Source: Alkanindiges illinoisensis DSM 15370 (GTDB lineage Bacteria; Pseudomonadota; Gammaproteobacteria; Pseudomonadales; Moraxellaceae). From it: DNA of 32,000 nt. How positions within the stretch are numbered: the stretch's first letter is position 1; each line of letters begins with the position of its first letter. Below, in pieces: positions 8,012-15,739 of the stretch. The notes under the pieces are model-generated. The model ran no database searches, was not told where the DNA came from, and saw nothing but the letters and a program-made list of their open reading frames with translations. The stretch lies in NCBI RefSeq assembly GCF_000619845.1, contig NZ_JHUX01000003.1, positions 580,064-612,063 of the forward strand. Direction: 5' to 3'. The translations under genes and the position numbers were made by a program.

Positions 8012-8853
8012 ATACCATTGAAAGTATTATTAGCATGATCGAATCAGAAGCAAAAGAAGCCATTCGCACTACTGGCGAAAATTACATACCGCCATTTAAA
8101 ACCAAAGATGAAGGGCTACAGGCGTTAGAAAAGGCAAAGTTATCAATAGGTCCACCATTAGAGTGGCCTGCCGACTGGCCAACAGATGCGCATTTTTACC
8201 GTATAAATATCAATACACCCATTTTCTATAAATATCAGCACGGCCAGATCAAACGCTGGGTTAAATACGCAAAGTGCTGGGTAGATTCCTGTATTCCTGA
8301 CTGGGCTGCGTTCTGTGAGCAAAATGGAGTAAAGAGTTTAATAAAATGGCCTTCTATTGCCGAAATGCTGTCAGTACGTGGTCTACGCAATGACGCGGAT
8401 TACATGACGCTCATTCATGGTGAATGGCCTGCATGTGATGCTAAAGAAAAGGATGAAAGTATTAAGCATGGAACAGAAACGGCTTACAGATATGGATGCC
8501 GTTGCGAGATATGTATAAATGCCCACAATCAGCAAACAATAAATTTTCAAAAAAAGGCCAGGAACCATTTTGCTGAAACAGGTGAATTTCTATCTACCAA
8601 AACTAAGCACGGTACTTATAGTTCGTATGTAAACTACGGCTGCCGCTGTGAGCTTTGCACCGAGGCTAACCGTAAACAGAATAAAAAAACTCTAAATAAG
8701 ATAAGAACGGGCTATAGCAAGACAGGCCGTTTTCCTAAGGCTGATCAGCATGGCACCAAGTACGGCTACTCAATAGGTTGTCGCTGTGAAGCTTGTTCTA
8801 AAGCTTATGCTGACTATCAAAAAAAACGTAGAGCGACAAAGAAAAATGGCTAA
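8008..8853 (+). CDS. Hypothetical protein with three tandem HGT-x3-Y-x2-GCRC-x2-C modules
   Basis: The C-terminal half contains KHGTETAYRYGCRCEICINAHNQ, KHGTYSSYVNYGCRCELCTEANRK and QHGTKYGYSIGCRCEACSKAYADY, each followed by a Lys/Arg-rich tail. ATGA-coupled start. Confidence 0.65.
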   Translation: MNTIESIISMIESEAKEAIRTTGENYIPPFKTKDEGLQALEKAKLSIGPPLEWPADWPTDAHFYRININTPIFYKYQHGQIKRWVKYAKCWVDSCIPDWAAFCEQNGVKSLIKWPSIAEMLSVRGLRNDADYMTLIHGEWPACDAKEKDESIKHGTETAYRYGCRCEICINAHNQQTINFQKKARNHFAETGEFLSTKTKHGTYSSYVNYGCRCELCTEANRKQNKKTLNKIRTGYSKTGRFPKADQHGTKYGYSIGCRCEACSKAYADYQKKRRATKKNG

Positions 8854-8862
8854 TTTTTATAA

Positions 8863-8882
8863 TGGAACCAACCAGAATGGCT
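8863..8882 (+). promoter_or_regulatory. Conserved intergenic motif, copy 1 (TGGAACCAACCAGAATGGCT)
   Basis: Starts 10 nt after the stop at 8853 and about 75 nt before the next gene. Shares TGGAACC-N2-CC with seven other intergenic copies. Confidence 0.35.
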
Positions 8883-8939
8883 CGCCAAAACATCCGTTAT
8901 ACATCAAAGCTGACACAAATCTAATTAAGTGGAACTTTG

Positions 8940-9641
8940 ATGAAAAATAATCGTGCGCGTCGTGACTGGACAAATTTTTTTAATACGGGGAAAAATTCAA
9001 AGGCACCAATGGTTGACTGGGATACTAAAAAAACCCAGCGACCAGCCCGCGAAAAGCGTGCATTGGAACCACGTAAAACCATTCCAACCTTTAGACGGGC
9101 AACCCTGCTTACTGAAAAACAGGGTGATGACATTGTGCATAAAGCCAATACCGGTGCACAAATGATTATTGGGGATGGCTTTGTGACTGTGAAGTTGCCG
9201 TATGGCATCAGTGCCAATGATATCTGGCGTGCCACGCTCACTGAAGAGGGTAAGCAGCGTAACAGCCTGTCACTGGGTGCCAAACACTATAAGCAGGACG
9301 TCAACAGCATGTATGCCCCGTTATTGCGGGCGCTGGACTGGAAAGCCATATCAAGGCCCTGTGAGATCAGGCTTATTGTGCAGCCACCAGCTAAAACCCG
9401 TAACTACAGCGCTGCGTCTTATCCCCGCTTTGATATCGATAACTATCCAAAGCTATTGATTGATGCACTGAAAGGAATAGACCTGCTTTATAAGGATGAC
9501 AATTTATTTGTGAGTGAAAAAATTGAACTGGCAGAACCCATTGAAGGGGGTTGTGTCTGGCTGTCATGTGTCTTTATTGAACAAACCAACTGGCTGAAAA
9601 AACCAGTGGACTTTGAATGGTTGGCAGGGAGAGTCGCATAA
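8940..9641 (+). CDS. rusA: RusA-family Holliday-junction resolvase with a basic N-terminal extension
   Basis: The C-terminal 159 aa (from MIIGDGFVTVKLPYGISANDIW...) carries the RusA core ...RFDIDNYPKLLIDALKGIDLLYKDDNLFV... (D-x-DN...K...DAL...DD). The track ORF starts at TTG 8937 and the first ATG is 8940. A RusA-sized product would start at ATG 9162, which has no obvious SD. Confidence 0.75.
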   Translation: MKNNRARRDWTNFFNTGKNSKAPMVDWDTKKTQRPAREKRALEPRKTIPTFRRATLLTEKQGDDIVHKANTGAQMIIGDGFVTVKLPYGISANDIWRATLTEEGKQRNSLSLGAKHYKQDVNSMYAPLLRALDWKAISRPCEIRLIVQPPAKTRNYSAASYPRFDIDNYPKLLIDALKGIDLLYKDDNLFVSEKIELAEPIEGGCVWLSCVFIEQTNWLKKPVDFEWLAGRVA

Positions 9642-9643
9642 TT

Positions 9644-10354
9644 ATGGCAAAGAAATTTGATGTACAACGTAGGCTGATGATCGGGCGTAAGTTTGCTTTA
9701 GCCCGTGATATGGCTGGCCTCAAGCAAGAAGAGGTGATGGTTAAAATCTTTGGGGCCAGTGGTGGACAAAAGAACCGGATCAGTGAGATCGAAAACGGTA
9801 AGACCATGCCTGATGCAGAGTTGTTTCAGGTGTTGTGTGAGCTTTATGTGGTATCTGCCGACTGGATTCTGGGTTTTACCGTAGAGCCGGAAATGGATAA
9901 AACCACGGCAACCGCTGGTATTTTATATAATAGTTTAGGAGATATGCTGACCGAATTTACTCAAGCTGCTACGGCACAAATCACAATGGCCTGCGCACGT
10001 CATATTACCTCGTTTCCCAAGGCTGACTCTGTAGTCTTACTGGAACAGGCCAAAGTACTGGTAAAAGCCTGTGGTAGTCTTAGTAGAGAGGCTTATGAAC
10101 AGATTCAGCCTGCATTAATCGGTGTCATGGAAAGTATTCGTAATTGTGACCAGAAAAATGCATTACAAATACGAAATCTGGAAATAGCCCTTGATGACGT
10201 GTACCAGCGTGAGGAAGCGGAACTACATCAAAAAATGCTGATGGATTTGGTGCTTAACCGTACTAAACGATATCCATCCACATCATTACCCAAGGCTGAT
10301 GAACCCGAAGTGCCTCAAATTGGTTTAGATTTATTTGCTGAAGAGAAGGCATAG
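9644..10354 (+). CDS. XRE-family HTH transcriptional regulator (late-regulator position)
   Basis: I place the start at ATG 9644 (MAKKFDVQRRLMIGRKFALARDMAGLKQEEV...ISEIENGKTMPDAELFQVLCELY), a typical XRE HTH. GGGAGAG lies upstream. It follows rusA, where lambdoid phages carry their late regulator. Confidence 0.7.
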   Translation: MAKKFDVQRRLMIGRKFALARDMAGLKQEEVMVKIFGASGGQKNRISEIENGKTMPDAELFQVLCELYVVSADWILGFTVEPEMDKTTATAGILYNSLGDMLTEFTQAATAQITMACARHITSFPKADSVVLLEQAKVLVKACGSLSREAYEQIQPALIGVMESIRNCDQKNALQIRNLEIALDDVYQREEAELHQKMLMDLVLNRTKRYPSTSLPKADEPEVPQIGLDLFAEEKA

Positions 10355-10362
10355 GCGGTGAT

Positions 10363-11229
10363 ATGGCAAAAATTGAGTATCCTGCCGAAGTCTGGGCACG
10401 ATTGCGCGAGGTCTGGGAAACCTCGCCCAAGATTACATGGGACAATCTCGTTAAGCAGGTCGGTGAAGAACTGGCCTGCGATATGCCGTCTGGCTCCGTA
10501 GTACGCCGCAAGTCACTGACTGAAAAATGGAAGAAACGGGCAAAGGGATTAGTCAAAAAGAACGCCCGTGAACTCAATAAAGAGATTAAAAAACTGACCA
10601 GTGATTTGACTAGTCAAAATGATGGTCATGAAGAATCACAAGACGCTGATATAGAACCAGAAACTGATGGTCAAGAACCTGTCAAAAATCAGTCAGAAAT
10701 CGTCGTAAGAAATGGTCAAAATCGGCAAAGTTATCAGGAAAAAACCAACACGCCAGTAAGTCAGCTTACTGCGGCCCTGATCATTAAGAAAAACCGTGCG
10801 CGCCTGGCTGATTTGGGTGATCTAGCAGGCGATACTATCACCAGTGTTATTCATATCCGGGATGAGGTTATAAACCTTGATCTTGAGGGGCTAGATGAAG
10901 CGGCGACAGAGTTAGCACTTAACAAAATCAAATTTAAGATGGGCCTGATTAACCAGGTGGTTGAGCTGAACATGAAGCAAAGTATCACGCTCAGCAATAT
11001 TGCCAAGGCAGAATCCATATTCTGGGGCTTGGAGCTTGAGGACCTAAAAGACCAGTCCGAAGTGCAGGCACGCCGTACAGCGGTTATTGATGACTCAGAG
11101 GCTAAACTGGCTGCTGCCAAGAAACAAATGGCACTCAAGAAGAAAGAGGCCTTTAGGCGTAAGCTGGCGATCATTGAGGCAGGGGATTACGACCCTGAAA
11201 ATGATGTGCCTGAGGAAGATGTGGCTTAA
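10363..11229 (+). CDS. Hypothetical protein: N-terminal HTH-like region, acidic linker, C-terminal coiled coil
   Basis: 288-aa ORF. The N-terminus YPAEVWARLREVWETSPKITWDNLVKQVG...VVRRKSLTEKWKKR resembles small-terminase or regulator DNA-binding heads, but the gene is about 9 kb from terL. Confidence 0.6.
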   Translation: MAKIEYPAEVWARLREVWETSPKITWDNLVKQVGEELACDMPSGSVVRRKSLTEKWKKRAKGLVKKNARELNKEIKKLTSDLTSQNDGHEESQDADIEPETDGQEPVKNQSEIVVRNGQNRQSYQEKTNTPVSQLTAALIIKKNRARLADLGDLAGDTITSVIHIRDEVINLDLEGLDEAATELALNKIKFKMGLINQVVELNMKQSITLSNIAKAESIFWGLELEDLKDQSEVQARRTAVIDDSEAKLAAAKKQMALKKKEAFRRKLAIIEAGDYDPENDVPEEDVA

Positions 11230-11234
11230 GTCAG

Positions 11235-11261
11235 TTGATTTAAAATAAGACAATGTATAGT
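11235..11261 (+). promoter_or_regulatory. Candidate sigma70-type promoter for the AT-rich membrane-protein gene
   Basis: TTGATT (11235-11240), then a 15-nt spacer (short), then TATAGT (11256-11261). Confidence 0.3.
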
Positions 11262-11272
11262 GTTTTATCTTT

Positions 11273-11280
11273 GGGGGGGG
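11273..11280 (+). repeat. Homopolymeric G8 tract immediately upstream of ATG 11287
   Basis: Read directly as ttGGGGGGGGaatccgATG. It doubles as the only SD-like element for the gene. Confidence 0.9.
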
Positions 11281-11286
11281 AATCCG

Positions 11287-12051
11287 ATGTTCAAAGATAA
11301 AACACTGGCTGAAAATGTAAGCGCTCTTTTAATAATTTATATCGTAATTTTAGGCTTAAGCTATTGCCTGTATTTTGCACTAGTTAAAGTTGGAATGCCT
11401 ACAGATGATTTTGTTGATATATCCGTTTGTGCATCTACATTGCTGGGGCCAATCATCTTACTATTCACTTTGACCGCATGGAAAGAACAGCATAATAAAT
11501 CGGTTTTAAAAGATATATCATTTGAAGGCATTAAAGACTTACTCACCATTAAAAATAGCCTAGACCTAATAAGACTTGCCAAAGATAGAATCTTTATTAC
11601 CCATGGCATTGAAGGCATTTTTCATCAGGATATTGAATTAATTTATCAAAACCATATTAAAGCTCAATCTGCCTCGTTGGATTTTCAATCAAAAATAGAA
11701 ATTTTTAAAATCTATAATATTTTTGATAAAGATATTAAGGACTTTGATTTGTTAATCAATGAATGCTTAATGGAGATTGAAGTGTTAATAATGGATATAA
11801 ATGCTTTGAATGCAACCTATGCCGAAAAAAAAGCTATGATTCATAAATATGAATCTCGATATAATCTTTTAACAACACGGGAGTTAACGTATCTGGATGT
11901 GTTAAAAGAGGATATCCAAAACTATGAAGGTACAGACATTGATGACCAGATTGAAAATTATCGAAATAATAAGTTTGAGGATGGTTTAAGTGAACTAAAA
12001 GATGTGATTGATGGATATATTCAACTTATTTCCAAGGTCACTGTGGCCTAA
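11287..12051 (+). CDS. Hypothetical 2-TM membrane protein with a helical cytoplasmic domain (accessory/moron gene)
   Basis: ATG 11287 is preferred over the track GTG at 11260. Two hydrophobic helices (LLIIYIVILGLSYCLYFALV and CASTLLGPIILLFTLTAW) precede a long K/E/D/I/N-rich helical region. The gene is very AT-rich compared with its neighbours. Confidence 0.65.
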   Translation: MFKDKTLAENVSALLIIYIVILGLSYCLYFALVKVGMPTDDFVDISVCASTLLGPIILLFTLTAWKEQHNKSVLKDISFEGIKDLLTIKNSLDLIRLAKDRIFITHGIEGIFHQDIELIYQNHIKAQSASLDFQSKIEIFKIYNIFDKDIKDFDLLINECLMEIEVLIMDINALNATYAEKKAMIHKYESRYNLLTTRELTYLDVLKEDIQNYEGTDIDDQIENYRNNKFEDGLSELKDVIDGYIQLISKVTVA

Positions 12052-12054
12052 TCC

Positions 12055-12753
12055 CTACCACTCATACTGGCCATTATCGAGCTTGTGAAAAATTTCCTGT
12101 GTGTTGATAAAGGCTACTTGTGAGGGATGGCAATTATTGACCTTTGCAGCCTGTATCGCCAGATTCATTGTGGTGTTATAGGCGTTGCTATGTTGTTTTA
12201 AGTCATCCAGCATTTTGGGAATGTATTCAAGCCGGTTGTCAGTTTTCTCAATGTATCTGCCAGTAACCTGGTAGATATGGGAAATTAGATAATCAGGGGT
12301 AAAGCGCGGTGTTTCGTCCAGCCAGTCCACAGCGGCGTCATACACTGTTTCTGATTGGGTAGCCAGTTCATTCACCAGCATCTGACAAAGTGACCGCATC
12401 ATCCAGCCGGATTCATTTTTTCTAAAATTATAATCCTCACAATAACAATAAATGATGTGTAGCTGACTAATAAACAGTGGAAACAGAATATCCACGGCAT
12501 AGGTAATTTTCTCAATCATGACAGTGCTGTTTTCAACCACGGGCTGCTGTTTTTTATAGACAATCCGTTTACCTTGGGCGGCCTGCTGCACTTCATAGAC
12601 TAAGCCCCATCCAAACGCGATATCAGGACTATCTTTGCCATTGTTATTTTCAGGTAGGATATCGTATGCAGCATCACATAATGCCATTAGCTCATCACTG
12701 GTGCCGGAAACCCGAACGCCTAAGTTATTTGGGGTCAATGAAAGCAACAGCAT
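12055..12753 (-). CDS. Hypothetical protein; the only complete - strand gene in the window (accessory/moron gene)
   Basis: 232-aa ORF with a strong reverse-strand GAGGA RBS 7 nt before its ATG. It converges on gene 11287-12051 with only 3 nt between the stop codons. No family recognised. Confidence 0.7.
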   Translation of the reverse strand: MLLLSLTPNNLGVRVSGTSDELMALCDAAYDILPENNNGKDSPDIAFGWGLVYEVQQAAQGKRIVYKKQQPVVENSTVMIEKITYAVDILFPLFISQLHIIYCYCEDYNFRKNESGWMMRSLCQMLVNELATQSETVYDAAVDWLDETPRFTPDYLISHIYQVTGRYIEKTDNRLEYIPKMLDDLKQHSNAYNTTMNLAIQAAKVNNCHPSQVAFINTQEIFHKLDNGQYEW

Positions 12754-12781
12754 TGTCTATCCTCAATTTTTTCAAGAGAAT

Positions 12782-12811
12782 ATATTAATCTGACCGGAAC
12801 TGCCATGTCTG
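12782..12811 (-). promoter_or_regulatory. Candidate sigma70-type promoter for the - strand gene
   Basis: On the reverse strand: CAGACA (12811-12806), 18-nt spacer, TAATAT (12787-12782), about 30 nt upstream of the ATG. Confidence 0.3.
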
Positions 12812-12834
12812 GATGCTTTATTGATTCAGGCACT

Positions 12835-12860
12835 ATTACCCTATGTTGAAATAGGGTAAT
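12835..12860 (+). promoter_or_regulatory. Perfect 10-bp inverted repeat ATTACCCTAT-N6-ATAGGGTAAT covering the RBS of gene 12865
   Basis: Read directly. The right arm contains the only purine-rich SD-like sequence (AGGG), and the repeat ends 5 nt before ATG 12865. Confidence 0.6.
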
Positions 12861-12864
12861 ACTC

Positions 12865-15276
12865 ATGCAAAACAATCAATCAGCCAGCGGCCTACAGTAC
12901 GATGATTTAGGTTTTATTATTGGCATGAAGCGCATGGGGCGTGATATCGATAAGATTGATATCAACGTCGAAGCCATACGCAAAATACTGGAACAGGCTG
13001 CTACAGAATTTAAAGCGATTGCTGGCCAGTCTGAGCGCCAGCAGCCCTCACTAAGTGCCTATCAGCGTGCTTTACTGGATGCCACACAACGTACGGCAGT
13101 TGATTTTGAGGAACACCTTCAACGCACCATCACACCCGTTAATCAATCATTGGTTGATATGGGTAATGCCACTGAAGAATTAATAAACCTGGTTGATCAG
13201 GTGGCAAGCCAGCAGACCAGTCCTAAGCAGGCCAATAACCGCAGTACTGCAAATAATTCGGGCAATAGACCCGGACGCAGCCGTATTACGCCAAACAGCG
13301 ACACGGTTGACATCGGTAGTACAGAATCGCTAAGACGTAACTTTAGCCGCCAGAATGCAGATAATGCACCAGGTGATGATGCAACCAGTGACCGTAGCCG
13401 TGATTCACGGGGCCGCTTTACTGGTGATGGTTCTGGTGATGGCCAGAAATCATTTTTTGCAAAAGTTGCCAAAGGGTTTGTTGGTGCAATTAAAGGGTTA
13501 ATGCCTGATTCAAAAGGGGTGGACCCGACTGTTGATGCCATTAACGAGCTGGGCACATTGTTATCACCTGTGCGCAAGGTGGCTGGCTTTGCCTTACGTC
13601 CACTATCCGGGCTATTCAAAAGCCGTAAACGCAATGAGCCTATTCCACGAGAACAGGAACAACATAACCGACGCCAGATTAAGCTATTACAGCGTATTGC
13701 CGACAATCTGAAAGGTACACGGGCAGGCAAGCTGCTGGGCGGCGCTGGCGGCCTGCTAGGTGGGTTGTTCGGTGGTGCTGGTAAAGGCTTGGGCAAGCTG
13801 CTTAAGGGTGGTGGCAAAGGCCTGCTAAAACTGTTGAAGTTTGGCCGTGGTATTCCACTGGTAGGTACCGCGCTGGCCGCCGGTGCTTCGCTGTTTGACT
13901 GGAAAAATCAAACCACTGAACAAAAGGGCGGTAGTGTGGGTTCGCTGGCTGGTGGTGCAGCTGGTGCGGCCTTAGGTAGCCTGCTGGGGCCAGTCGGTAC
14001 TATTGCCGGTGGTATGCTGGGTTCATGGGCTGGCGAGAAGCTGGGTACTGTGGTTGCACCATACGTCAAGAACTGGACGGATGATCTGACTAAGGCTGAT
14101 ATACCAGGTCGCATTGTTTCAGCGTGGAAAACCTTTACTGATGGCTTGGGTACATACTTTAAGGAAGCCTGGGACAATATTGTTGAGAAAGGCAAAGAGA
14201 TTGCCAGTGATACCAAGGATACTGTCTTTTCAATTGCAGACTGGAGCGCATCACTTCTTGATAAAGGTCTGGCTGGTATGGGTAGTAAGGATGCTCAAGA
14301 ACGGGTAAATCAGCGTGAACGTGGCGAGATTGGCTACCAGCGTAAGGGATATCAGGCCAAGACGACACAGAATGCGCCTACGCTTTGGCAAACGATGCAG
14401 GACAGCGCTAATAGTTTGATGATGCAGCCAGCTACCGGAAAATACGCGCCATTACTGGATGAAATTGCCCGAGGGGAGTCACGCAAAGGGGCGTTTGGTA
14501 CATCAGGCTATGATGCTGTTTATAGTGGTGCCACGGTTAAGCCGTCAAAGCCAATTTCACAAATGACTGTAGGCGAAGTAAAAGCCTATCAACGGCAATT
14601 AATGAAAGCCGGTTCTACATCCACTGCAGTGGGCCGCTATCAGTTTATCCATAACAAAGGTGCTTTTGCCAAGATGGCCGCCGAGGCTGGTTTAAAGGAT
14701 AGCGATATTTTTAATAATGCTGCCCAAGATAGGCTTGCCATTCATTATATGGGTGGGGCACAACAAATAGATAAGTGGATTAAAACCGGCAACCATAAGG
14801 CTTTAACTAATAAGGTTGCTGAGCAATGGGCCAGCCAGAAAAACAGTAGAGGCTTTGGGAACTATGATGGTGATGGGTTAAATACAGCCCGGCATGGCGG
14901 CGTTGCAGTCATTCGTGACCTTAGTGAGAAAATTGCAACAAATCAGGCCACTGTTCCGCAAACTAAGGCAACTGAAATCAAGCCTGCGCAAATACCAAAA
15001 GCGACCAAGCCCATTATTACCAAAGATTCCCCTGTTTATGTCTGGCGTAAACCGGTTGAGGCAAAGGCTACTCGTTCAACCACTACAACAAATCTGGCGA
15101 CTCAGCAGGCCAGCGCTGCTCCTAAAGTTGAGTCAGTCAAAGAGCGCTTATCATCACCAGCACCTAAGGAAGTGGTTGTGGTTAATCAAAATAATGATAC
15201 GATTAGCCAAAACGTGAGCAATAGGGGCCTTGCTCATGCATTTACTGGTGGGTTAGGGATGGGGAAGCATGATTAA
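12865..15276 (+). CDS. Large virion-associated / tape-measure-like protein with glycine-zipper membrane region and C-terminal lambda-R (GH104)-like lytic transglycosylase domain
   Basis: 803 aa. The middle region GKLLGGAGGLLGGLFGGAGKGLGKLLKGGGKG...GGSVGSLAGGAAGAALGSLLGPVGTIAGGMLGSWAG forms glycine zippers. The C-terminal part ...IARGESRKGAFGTSGYDAVYSG...STAVGRYQFI...LKDSDIFNNAAQDRLA parallels lambda R (...LAWSEGT...GYDVIVGG...STGAGRYQLL...LKDFSPKSQD...) as I remember it. Confidence 0.7.
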   Translation: MQNNQSASGLQYDDLGFIIGMKRMGRDIDKIDINVEAIRKILEQAATEFKAIAGQSERQQPSLSAYQRALLDATQRTAVDFEEHLQRTITPVNQSLVDMGNATEELINLVDQVASQQTSPKQANNRSTANNSGNRPGRSRITPNSDTVDIGSTESLRRNFSRQNADNAPGDDATSDRSRDSRGRFTGDGSGDGQKSFFAKVAKGFVGAIKGLMPDSKGVDPTVDAINELGTLLSPVRKVAGFALRPLSGLFKSRKRNEPIPREQEQHNRRQIKLLQRIADNLKGTRAGKLLGGAGGLLGGLFGGAGKGLGKLLKGGGKGLLKLLKFGRGIPLVGTALAAGASLFDWKNQTTEQKGGSVGSLAGGAAGAALGSLLGPVGTIAGGMLGSWAGEKLGTVVAPYVKNWTDDLTKADIPGRIVSAWKTFTDGLGTYFKEAWDNIVEKGKEIASDTKDTVFSIADWSASLLDKGLAGMGSKDAQERVNQRERGEIGYQRKGYQAKTTQNAPTLWQTMQDSANSLMMQPATGKYAPLLDEIARGESRKGAFGTSGYDAVYSGATVKPSKPISQMTVGEVKAYQRQLMKAGSTSTAVGRYQFIHNKGAFAKMAAEAGLKDSDIFNNAAQDRLAIHYMGGAQQIDKWIKTGNHKALTNKVAEQWASQKNSRGFGNYDGDGLNTARHGGVAVIRDLSEKIATNQATVPQTKATEIKPAQIPKATKPIITKDSPVYVWRKPVEAKATRSTTTTNLATQQASAAPKVESVKERLSSPAPKEVVVVNQNNDTISQNVSNRGLAHAFTGGLGMGKHD

Positions 15277-15739
15277 TACTAAAACAGTGATTTACGGTGT
15301 TTTACTTAGCAGTGTGAGTATATTGGCTCATGCTGATAATAATGTTCCACAGTTTAAGGACTATCCAGCCAAGGTATACAACGGTAAACCCGCTAAATTA
15401 TTATTGAATAATCAAACTGCAAAAGTATTTAAAACACGTTTGACCGAGGCATTAAAACAAAAACCTGTCTATGCAGGCGAATATGTTTTAGCGTCTTGGG
15501 GGTGTGGCACAGAGTGTGTATTTTATACCTTCGTCAACAAAAGAACGGGCCAAGTACTTGATAAAGGTTTTGGTGGTGAAACCGGCGAAGATATTAAGGA
15601 TTTTAAGTTAAACAGTAAGCTGTTAATCACTCGTAAATCAGACTTTGATGATAATTATAATGAGGTTGGCAGTTCTACAAATTATAGTGTCGTGAATAAT
15701 GATCAGTTTAAAGTGATTAAAGCGGTAGCATCGGAATAA
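15269..15739 (+). CDS. Secreted (periplasmic) hypothetical protein
   Basis: Sec-type signal peptide MINTKTVIYGVLLSSVSILAHA/DNN. The mature part has a WGCGTEC pair of cysteines. The start overlaps the upstream stop. Confidence 0.65.
   Translation: MINTKTVIYGVLLSSVSILAHADNNVPQFKDYPAKVYNGKPAKLLLNNQTAKVFKTRLTEALKQKPVYAGEYVLASWGCGTECVFYTFVNKRTGQVLDKGFGGETGEDIKDFKLNSKLLITRKSDFDDNYNEVGSSTNYSVVNNDQFKVIKAVASE

Noticed and set aside
10363-11229. Annotating this ORF as the small terminase subunit
   Set aside because: The N-terminal HTH-like head is suggestive, but the gene is about 9 kb upstream of terL with unrelated modules in between, and I recognise no diagnostic TerS motif.
13197-13817. 206-aa - strand ORF, together with other long antisense or nested ORFs (for example 8921-9283, 18937-19413, 26199-26573, 31042-31374, 18219-18647, 19271-19696)
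   Set aside because: These lie entirely inside better-supported + strand genes, encode low-complexity P/S/L/R-rich products typical of shadow frames, and lack RBSs.
13720-14040. Repetitive GGx/GCx-rich DNA considered as a tandem repeat or array
   Set aside because: It is in-frame coding sequence for the glycine-zipper region of the 803-aa protein. The periodicity is at the amino-acid level (GxxxG), with no spacer/repeat organisation.
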